Source: a virus (lineage: Duplodnaviria > Caudoviricetes). Taken from it: 64,000 nucleotides of DNA. The notes under the pieces are model-generated. The model saw nothing but the letters and a program-made list of their open reading frames with translations, did not search any database and had not been told where the DNA came from. The DNA lies in the IMG/VR virus record IMGVR_UViG_2908764845_000006, positions 1 through 64,000 of that record. The stretch is one strand, 5' to 3'. Numbering within the stretch: the first letter of the stretch is position 1; each line of letters begins with the position of its first letter. Position numbers and translations under genes: made by a program. Positions 29,740-36,978 of the stretch are shown here, piece after piece.

Positions 29740-30123
29740 TCACGCCTCCAGTCGGATGCACGGCAGCTTGTAGCCGAGGATGTTCCAGTAGGCCTGGCCG
29801 ACCTCGTAGCGGTACTGCTCGTCGTCGATGATGATGTCGCGATCGCGCACCGCACCCTTCGCGAGCGCGGTCACGGGGACGTAGATGTCCCACGTCGGGT
29901 TCGAGACGATGTCCTGCGGCAGGCCGCTGTCGCGCTTGCGGCCGCCGGTCCCCGCCTGAATGCTGGCGGGAATGTTGGTGAACAGCACGACCTCACCGCG
30001 CGGGTTGCTCGGGTCGGCCGTGACCTCGGCGCCGGAATACCCGGTCAGGCCGATGGTGTCGTTGGCGCCGGCGACGGTGCGGATGCGGCGGATCTCGATC
30101 CTGCGGACGTAGATCACGGCCAC
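29740..30123 (-). CDS. head closure-like protein
   Basis: Synteny; DRDIIID...RY.V. Confidence 0.6.
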   Translation of the reverse strand: MAVIYVRRIEIRRIRTVAGANDTIGLTGYSGAEVTADPSNPRGEVVLFTNIPASIQAGTGGRKRDSGLPQDIVSNPTWDIYVPVTALAKGAVRDRDIIIDDEQYRYEVGQAYWNILGYKLPCIRLEA

Positions 30124-31013
30124 ACCCCCTGCGCAGGCGTGGTGCGCTTGTAGCTGGAGAGCGTGCCCAGCACGGTGACCGGGATTTGCGGGTCGTCCTG
30201 CGCCATCTTGCTCGTCGTGCTCAAGCCGGGATTGGCGAACTCATACTGAGTGTCGCCCGCGCGAACCGAGGTGACGTTGGTCGGGATCGCGGTCATCTGC
30301 TTCTGCAGATAGAGGTCCTTGATCCAGTTGAGGCAGGCCTGCACGATGTCGTCAGGGACCGTCGCGTAGCCCGAATTGTAGGCCAGCGTGACGTTCTGGA
30401 AGCCGCGCGTGAAGCGATAGCCCTTCACCGCCACCGCGTAGGCGTTGGCGCTATAGCCCGGATTGAACGAGCCGTTGGCGCTGACGGGGATCACATGGCC
30501 GTCGATGGTGACCGCCGACACGGAGTTCAGCGGCAGGTCCGGCACGAACAGCAGCCGCGTCCCCTCGCCGTCGAAGGTCCGGGTGTAATCGGCCTTCGCC
30601 AGCGAGTAGCCGAGGTAGTTGGTGACCTGTCCGGAGATGCCGGAGATGATCCGCTGCACGGCGCAGTCGGGGTCGGAGGTCAATCCGAGCCAGTCGAGCG
30701 CGCGCGACAGCGGTACGAGGTCACCGGCCTTGGGACCAGTCCCCATCGGCAGCACCACGCGCTCGGAGAGCGTGTTGCCCGCAGCCGTCGTGACGATGTT
30801 CTGGAGGATGTAGTTGGCATCCTCCGTGCCGCCAGCGAGCGTGATCTGGGTGCGCGTGGTCGTGAACGTGTTGCCGACGATCTGCAGCTGGCTGTCGCCG
30901 CTGAGGATCGACCACGCCGATCCCACGACCGTGTCGGTCCCGAGTTGCCCCGACCAGTCGATGTCGAACGGCTCCTGATCGACCGGCCATTTCGCGCCGC
31001 CCCACACCAGCAT
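30114..31013 (-). CDS. head-tail adaptor with extra N-terminal domain
   Basis: Y.SGY.TVPDDIVQAC motif. Confidence 0.7.
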   Translation of the reverse strand: MLVWGGAKWPVDQEPFDIDWSGQLGTDTVVGSAWSILSGDSQLQIVGNTFTTTRTQITLAGGTEDANYILQNIVTTAAGNTLSERVVLPMGTGPKAGDLVPLSRALDWLGLTSDPDCAVQRIISGISGQVTNYLGYSLAKADYTRTFDGEGTRLLFVPDLPLNSVSAVTIDGHVIPVSANGSFNPGYSANAYAVAVKGYRFTRGFQNVTLAYNSGYATVPDDIVQACLNWIKDLYLQKQMTAIPTNVTSVRAGDTQYEFANPGLSTTSKMAQDDPQIPVTVLGTLSSYKRTTPAQGVWP

Positions 31014-31031
31014 GTCGGATCGTCCTCTGTC

Positions 31032-32489
31032 TTAGGTTTTGGGTGGAACGGACACCGTGCGGCTGGGCGCAGCCACGGTGGCAACTTGCGAGCCGGCGAC
31101 TGCCGTCGCGACGCGATTGCTTGTGCCGACGGAGACGGCGCTTGTTGCGGGAGGAGCGACTGCAGCGCCCGGACCAGCGGGCGCGACAGCAGGCCCCGGC
31201 CCGGTGGGCGCAATCGCGGGGCTCGGCCCGGCGGCGGTGGCCGCCGAGGTGGATTGCGTTGGGCTGTGCGCCACCCTCGTCGATGGTATGAACAGGCTGG
31301 GCAAAGCGCGCCCGAACGACTTGACGAAGCTCGCGGCGGCCAGAAGGTGCAGCGTGCGGAACGCGATGCCACCGGCCGCGCGACTGACGCCGCTCGCAAG
31401 GAGCGACACAGATCCGCGGATCGCGGCTGAGCCCGCGCCCGACGCAAGGCCGCGCGCATGCAGCGCGGCGCTGCCGACTGGCTTGGCGATGCCGTGAGCG
31501 ACGGCCTGGCCGCGTGCAGCGAGCCGCATGCCGAGCCCGAAGGTCGCCTTGCCGGTCGCCTTGATGGCGCCGCGCACCGAGAGCGGCAGCGTAGCGGTGA
31601 GGCCGGCGCGCCCGATCGAGCGCGCGACGCCAACCGCCTGCATGAACAGGCTGAGCTTGATGGTGGACTGCCCGGAGGCTGCAGCGCGGCCGGAGGCGGT
31701 CAGCGAAGTGGTGCCCACCATGGAGCCCCGGCCCATCGCCTTGGCGATGCCCCGGGCGAACAGCGCGACCGCCTCGGATGACGACAATCGACCGAATGAC
31801 CGTGCGGCACCCTGCGCGAACAGAAGCGCCCTGCCGGTGAACCCGACGCTGCCCTTGGCAACGGAAAGTCCCCTGCCCGTGAGCTGCGCGCTGAACGAAG
31901 CAGCCGCCACGCTGAGCAACGCCGACTTGGTCGCAGCGCCGAGATTGGCGACCGCTCCAAGCGCGCTAAACCCGTGCGCAGCCGCCTTGCCGCTGGCCGT
32001 GATGCGCGCGACAAAACCGGCGGCAGTTCGACCGCTCGATTTTGCCGCGCTCCTGCCTGACAGGCTGGCGGCGCCTGCGACGCCGCCGGCGCCGAACGAT
32101 GCCGCCTTGGTCGCGCCACGCAGTTGCGTGGTCCCTGCCGGGGCCGCGTGACCGGATGACACTGCCCGGGTCGCGCCTCGCAGCGGCGTGGAGCCGGCGA
32201 AGGTGATGCGGCCGAACGACGACGCCTTCGACAAGGCCCCCATCTGGGTACTTCCGCCAGAGTTGGCCTTGCCGAATGCCCTGCCCGCAGTCGCAACCGC
32301 GAGCGAGGCGCGCCCCGAAGGCGCGGCCTTGCCGAACGAGACCGAGATCGACGTCGCTCGAAGCGAGGTGCGGCCCGTGAATGCGCCACGCCCGAAGGTC
32401 CTTGCGGTGCCCTTCGCCTGCAGCGCGCGCGGGGTGGACCACCCGCCGAGAGCCTGCCGGCCGATTGCGTCAAAGCCGAGTAGAGACAT
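31032..32489 (-). CDS. low-complexity Ala/Gly/Ser repeat virion protein
   Basis: MSLLGFDAIG start; imperfect repeats of about 22 aa. Confidence 0.6.
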   Translation of the reverse strand: MSLLGFDAIGRQALGGWSTPRALQAKGTARTFGRGAFTGRTSLRATSISVSFGKAAPSGRASLAVATAGRAFGKANSGGSTQMGALSKASSFGRITFAGSTPLRGATRAVSSGHAAPAGTTQLRGATKAASFGAGGVAGAASLSGRSAAKSSGRTAAGFVARITASGKAAAHGFSALGAVANLGAATKSALLSVAAASFSAQLTGRGLSVAKGSVGFTGRALLFAQGAARSFGRLSSSEAVALFARGIAKAMGRGSMVGTTSLTASGRAAASGQSTIKLSLFMQAVGVARSIGRAGLTATLPLSVRGAIKATGKATFGLGMRLAARGQAVAHGIAKPVGSAALHARGLASGAGSAAIRGSVSLLASGVSRAAGGIAFRTLHLLAAASFVKSFGRALPSLFIPSTRVAHSPTQSTSAATAAGPSPAIAPTGPGPAVAPAGPGAAVAPPATSAVSVGTSNRVATAVAGSQVATVAAPSRTVSVPPKT

Positions 32490-32511
32490 GCCTCTGACGC
32501 TTCCTCGCCGG

Positions 32512-33840
32512 CTATAGCTCCGCGGTTAGCAGGAGGTTGACGTTCGGCGATACGAACAGGTTGCCGTTGTCGCCTTGGCTACCGCTGTAGGCGGCAGTGC
32601 TGGAGAACCGCAGCAGGCCGCCGCGCGCAGACCCGCCAGAGAGCGATACCGAGATCGTGCCGGCGTTGGTCAGGAACCCGGGAACGTTGTTGTCGAAGAA
32701 CGCCACGACATTGCCGGAGGTCGGGTTCGATGCCTGCCACGTCGGCGTCGTTCCGACAAAGCCAAACGGCGGTATCCGCATCGGCAGCGGCAGCCATACC
32801 GGGATGTCGATGGTTGTGGATGACGTCTTTGCGCCAAGAGAAGGAAGGACGATCGAGGTTCCCAGCCCCACCTGTCCCTGCAAAACCGGGTACAGGTAGC
32901 GATAGGCGAGCATCAACTCGTCGGACGGATCGCGAAAGAAGATCGGTGGCGGGAAGCTCGTCAAGCCAGCAGGAAACGACGGGGTCGGTTGGAGATCGAC
33001 CTCGGTGATGGCGATGGTCTTGGTGTTGGCGTTAAGCGCGCCGAAATCGAACCAGACCTCATAACCGTTCTTGGCATTCGGGGAGACCAAGAAGGTGAGC
33101 GCCACACGGACTACACCGTTGTTCGGGATGCTCTGAAACGAGACCGCGTTGAGATCGTTGGTCGCAGTCGTCCAGTTGTCGACGGCGTTGGGGAACGCGG
33201 CGCCGGCGGTCGGCGTGATCGTGGCGCCGCTGTTGTTGGTGATGAGCGCCTGCAGGGTGCAGCGTCGACCGGCGAGCTTGGCGGCCTTGTTCGACTCGAT
33301 GCGCTGCATGAGCTGCACATCGGTGTTGCTGGTCGCGCCGGTGATCTGCGCGGCCCATTGCGAGTTTCCAGTAGCGAAAACCTGGGCAATCGTGCAGGCG
33401 GCACCGACCGAATCCAGCATCCAGCCGTCCGGACCATACTGGAAGGTTCCGGTCCCGGTGTTGGTGAACGACGTGCCGCGCTGCCAGATGTCGAAGCAGC
33501 CGTTGCGCAGCGCGTTGGTGTCGCCCCTCAGCGTATTGAGGTCTGCCGACAGTGCGCCGATGCCGACGATCGGGGTGGTCGAGAAGCTGATCTTCGCCGT
33601 CGTACCGAGCGAGTTAGCCAGCACAATCTGGCGGCCGAGCGTCGTGCCCGACCACGTTCCGATGCCGATCTCCCACTGGGTGAGATCGGCGCTTTCGGCG
33701 CGGTAGCTGTAGCTCGCGCTGGTGATGGCGCCAGCGGTGCTCGGGGTCTGGTAGCCGGCAAGCGCGCTTCCGACGGTGAAGTCCGCGGTTCCGGCCACGC
33801 CGGAGATGAACCGGCAGACGTCGAGGAAGGAACTTGCCAT
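32512..33840 (-). CDS. fibre/carbohydrate-binding virion protein
   Basis: WEIGIGT; NGCFDIWQRGTS..DGW; QRIE; C-terminal AEL. Confidence 0.65.
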   Translation of the reverse strand: MASSFLDVCRFISGVAGTADFTVGSALAGYQTPSTAGAITSASYSYRAESADLTQWEIGIGTWSGTTLGRQIVLANSLGTTAKISFSTTPIVGIGALSADLNTLRGDTNALRNGCFDIWQRGTSFTNTGTGTFQYGPDGWMLDSVGAACTIAQVFATGNSQWAAQITGATSNTDVQLMQRIESNKAAKLAGRRCTLQALITNNSGATITPTAGAAFPNAVDNWTTATNDLNAVSFQSIPNNGVVRVALTFLVSPNAKNGYEVWFDFGALNANTKTIAITEVDLQPTPSFPAGLTSFPPPIFFRDPSDELMLAYRYLYPVLQGQVGLGTSIVLPSLGAKTSSTTIDIPVWLPLPMRIPPFGFVGTTPTWQASNPTSGNVVAFFDNNVPGFLTNAGTISVSLSGGSARGGLLRFSSTAAYSGSQGDNGNLFVSPNVNLLLTAEL

Positions 33841-33859
33841 CGGGTGAGCCTGTGCGGGC

Positions 33860-34714
33860 TCAGGCCAGGCTGAGCGTCATGCTGGATGCGGAGAACTGCG
33901 CCGTGATGCCGCCCGGCATCGACTGCGATGCGACCTTGCGCACCGAGCCCGAGCCCGACGCCGAGGTGTTGACGCCGGTGACGTTGAAGGTGTCCGCGGT
34001 GACGCCGGCGACCGTCTGCAGGCCGGTGTAGCTGCCGGCCGAGAAGGTCGGCGCGGTGCCGCCGTACTCGGTCGAGAAGATGAAGCTGTCGCCGTTGGCG
34101 TAGCCGTGCGCCTTCGCGGTGATGACGCCGGGAGATGCAGCCGTGACGGTCGCGGGCAGCCAGCTGAACTGGCCCATGTAATCCCAGAACGTCAGGTTGC
34201 CCGCGCTCGATGCGTCGAAGAGGCCCCACGCAATCAGCGTGCCCCAGCCGGTGGACGTCGAGGCCGCAAACGTGACCTGCGCACCGTTCGAGGCCGACAC
34301 CGGCGCAGATCCAGTGGCGTCCGGGAAGGCGCTGTACGTGATGCTGTCGCCGGACGAGATGGCGAAGGCTGCGTTTGCGGTCAGGGTGACCGTGGTGGCG
34401 CCGACCAACTGCACCGTCCCGACGACATTGCCGGTCGTGGCGTCGCGCGCCTGCATTCCGACGGTGACCCAGGAGGGCACCGCCGAATGCGTGATGGTCG
34501 GGCTCGCGGTGGTGGTGGCTGCCGTCGTTGCAACGGAGCCAGCCACCTGCACGCGCGCGTAGCCGTTGCCCGCGACCTCGGTGAAGCCGGTGCCTGCGTC
34601 GGTACCGACCGCCGTGAACAGCGCGAGCCAGACACCGGTCAGGGCCGGCATGGCCTTCGCGCCGGTCAGATAGTTCAGCGCGTTCTTGGCGGAATAGTCG
34701 GTAAAGCCGGTCAT
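33860..34714 (-). CDS. virion structural protein (head/neck fibre-like)
   Basis: LALFTA...EV.G.GYAR and WGT..WGLFDA..GN motifs. Confidence 0.65.
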   Translation of the reverse strand: MTGFTDYSAKNALNYLTGAKAMPALTGVWLALFTAVGTDAGTGFTEVAGNGYARVQVAGSVATTAATTTASPTITHSAVPSWVTVGMQARDATTGNVVGTVQLVGATTVTLTANAAFAISSGDSITYSAFPDATGSAPVSASNGAQVTFAASTSTGWGTLIAWGLFDASSAGNLTFWDYMGQFSWLPATVTAASPGVITAKAHGYANGDSFIFSTEYGGTAPTFSAGSYTGLQTVAGVTADTFNVTGVNTSASGSGSVRKVASQSMPGGITAQFSASSMTLSLA

Positions 34715-34765
34715 GCGATCGGTGTCCCCTACGAGGTGATGCGGGTGCGCGGAGCGATCCGCGCG

Positions 34766-35104
34766 TTACTTGCCGGCGCCGTCGCCAGCGGCGCCAGTCG
34801 CGCCGGTCGCGGCCTTGGCGGGCTTCTTCTTGACCGCGGCCAGCAGCGCAGCGACGAGCTTGTCGGCGCGCATGGCCGGGTTCGCGGCGACGCCGAGCGC
34901 CTCGAGCACCGCGATCATGTCGTCGCGGCCGATCGTGATCTTCTCGGAGGGCGCGGGCGGTGCCTCGCCGGAGACGAAACCGTGCGGGATCAGATGCTCG
35001 ACGACGTGCTCGGCGACCTCGACGGTGCCGTCCTCGGCAACAGTGAACTCGTGACCGGCGTGCGAGAACGAGTTGACGCCTTCCGGCGCAAACAGCTTGG
35101 GCAT
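34766..35104 (-). CDS. small protein after the major capsid gene
   Basis: ORF MPKLFAPEG... with GGAG RBS. Confidence 0.6.
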   Translation of the reverse strand: MPKLFAPEGVNSFSHAGHEFTVAEDGTVEVAEHVVEHLIPHGFVSGEAPPAPSEKITIGRDDMIAVLEALGVAANPAMRADKLVAALLAAVKKKPAKAATGATGAAGDGAGK

Positions 35105-35187
35105 TGGTAGCTCCAGTGGTGGGGGTGCAAAGGCGAGAGAGGCAGAGGCGCGCGTACGCGCCCCTGCCGACGCTGCGAGAGCGTCAA

Positions 35188-36789
35188 TTAGCCGTTGGCG
35201 ATGTTCGAGATCATCGCGAAGGCGGGCGGGAAGTAGCACTGCAGCACTTCGTCGGCGTAGACGCCCGACTCGTACTTGCGGGTCCGCAGCGGCCACTCGA
35301 TCTGGTAGTAGTCCTGACGGCAGCGGACCTGCAGGACGTTGGCGATACCCGAGACCGGGTACGGCAGCGACTTCGACGTCATCACGATCGTGCCCGCGGG
35401 CATGTTCGGATGGATGCGGATGTCGAGGGTCTTGGCGCCGCCCATGCTGAAACGGTTCAGATAGGTGCGGACCATGATGCCGCCGCCGAGGCTGTCGCGC
35501 TCGGAGTTGAACACGAACCGCTGGGCCGCGTTGGACGAGCCCTGCAGGATCTTCTTGGAGATGTTCAACGCCTCCTGCGAGTTCACCCAGATGGTGTCGG
35601 GCGACAGGCGGAAGTTGTCCCAGCGATCCTTCAGCGCGGCGTCGATCTCGACGATGCCGCCGGAGCCGTCCGAGGTCAGCGGCGTACCGACGCCGGCAGC
35701 GCCGGTGGCGAGACGGCCGACATAGGCATTCGACCCGGCCTTGAGCAGCTGGGTCATGATGCCGTCGAACACGAGGCTGTTGGTCGACTGGTCGCTCGAC
35801 GGCAGCGAGGCTGCGGTCTGCGTGCCGGTCGCGGCCGCCACGATGGCAACCGAGTTGATCGAGGTGATCGCACCGAGCACCTCGGAGCCAGCCGCGCCCC
35901 AGAACCAAGCGTAGCCGCAGGCGCCGTTGACCGCCGCAACGGTCGCCGTCAGCGAGCCGGTGGTGCCGCTCGCGACGGTGCCGGTGGCAGCCACCGACTT
36001 CTGCGCGGAGCCGCCGCCGAACGTGTCGGACGAGCCGTCAGCGTTGGCGCGGGTGATCGAGGCCTGGATACCGCCGGCGATCGAGCCGTTGACCATGGCG
36101 TCGAACGCGAGCGCGACGCAGATCACCGAGTAGGTCGCGGCAGCCAGAACGCCGCCGGTGATCGAGGCCGCGACCGTCGGGGTCGGGGTGATGCCGAGCT
36201 GCAGCGAGGTGTTGCCGCCGAGCAGCAGCGCCTCTTCGCCGATCATGGTGGCCTCGAGGCCGACCTTGGCCGCGATCGCCCGGATGTCGTCGAAGCCGCG
36301 GCCAGCGTACTCGGCCTCGAAGTCGACGTTGGTTTCCAGACCGATGCCGCGGTAAGCCGCCGCGTAGTCCTGCGTGGAGACCGCCTGCACGCCGCCGCGG
36401 TTACCGGCCGAGACGCCGATCCGCATGTTGGCGGTGTTCACGCTGGTCACGGCGCGCCAAGCGGCCTGAATGCCGCCCTTGCCGGTCACGCGCGGAATTT
36501 CGTTCCGCAGCGGAGTGAGAACCGGGTACACGAACTTCGCGCCCAGCTCGAGATCGTAGTAGGTCAGGCCCGTGGTGGGCGAGCCGGCCTGCTGGAACGT
36601 CGCCGACTTGGCGAACATCTCCGGGACGAAGTTGCGCGCCTCGTGCGACTTCGACATCGACGCGAGGAAGGACTGCACTTCGGCGGCGATCGCAGCGCGA
36701 TCGAGGTTGCCGTTGACGGTGTAGATCGGCGCCCACGACTTCTGCAGCTCGTGCGGCAGGAAGTCGGTATACTTGACGAGAGCGTTCAT
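35188..36789 (-). CDS. major capsid protein
   Basis: YDLE..AK...P..TPLRN.IPR start and Y.DEVL..Y.P end; follows the protease gene. Confidence 0.88.
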   Translation of the reverse strand: MNALVKYTDFLPHELQKSWAPIYTVNGNLDRAAIAAEVQSFLASMSKSHEARNFVPEMFAKSATFQQAGSPTTGLTYYDLELGAKFVYPVLTPLRNEIPRVTGKGGIQAAWRAVTSVNTANMRIGVSAGNRGGVQAVSTQDYAAAYRGIGLETNVDFEAEYAGRGFDDIRAIAAKVGLEATMIGEEALLLGGNTSLQLGITPTPTVAASITGGVLAAATYSVICVALAFDAMVNGSIAGGIQASITRANADGSSDTFGGGSAQKSVAATGTVASGTTGSLTATVAAVNGACGYAWFWGAAGSEVLGAITSINSVAIVAAATGTQTAASLPSSDQSTNSLVFDGIMTQLLKAGSNAYVGRLATGAAGVGTPLTSDGSGGIVEIDAALKDRWDNFRLSPDTIWVNSQEALNISKKILQGSSNAAQRFVFNSERDSLGGGIMVRTYLNRFSMGGAKTLDIRIHPNMPAGTIVMTSKSLPYPVSGIANVLQVRCRQDYYQIEWPLRTRKYESGVYADEVLQCYFPPAFAMISNIANG

Positions 36790-36842
36790 CGCTCAAGACT
36801 CCAAAACTGGTGATTGCGGGGTGTGGTGGGTGCGCCGTGGTG

Positions 36843-36948
36843 CCGTCCCCGGCAGGCGCGAGCAGACGCGCGACGTCGTTCCCGCAGTGACCGTCCCCGG
36901 CCCGGGTTCTCGTCGCGATGAAGGCTGCGGCGCCCTACCCGTCCCCGG
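36843..36948 (-). repeat. three CCGGGGACGG hairpin repeats in the capsid gene leader
   Basis: CCGTCCCCGG on the + strand at 36843, 36891 and 36939 (48-nt period). Confidence 0.85.
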
Positions 36949-36978
36949 GTGGGCGCCTAGCCGAATTTCAGGAAGTGA

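Noticed and set aside
36843-36948. CRISPR-like array
   Set aside because: Repeats are only 10 bp in three copies, and there are no cas genes
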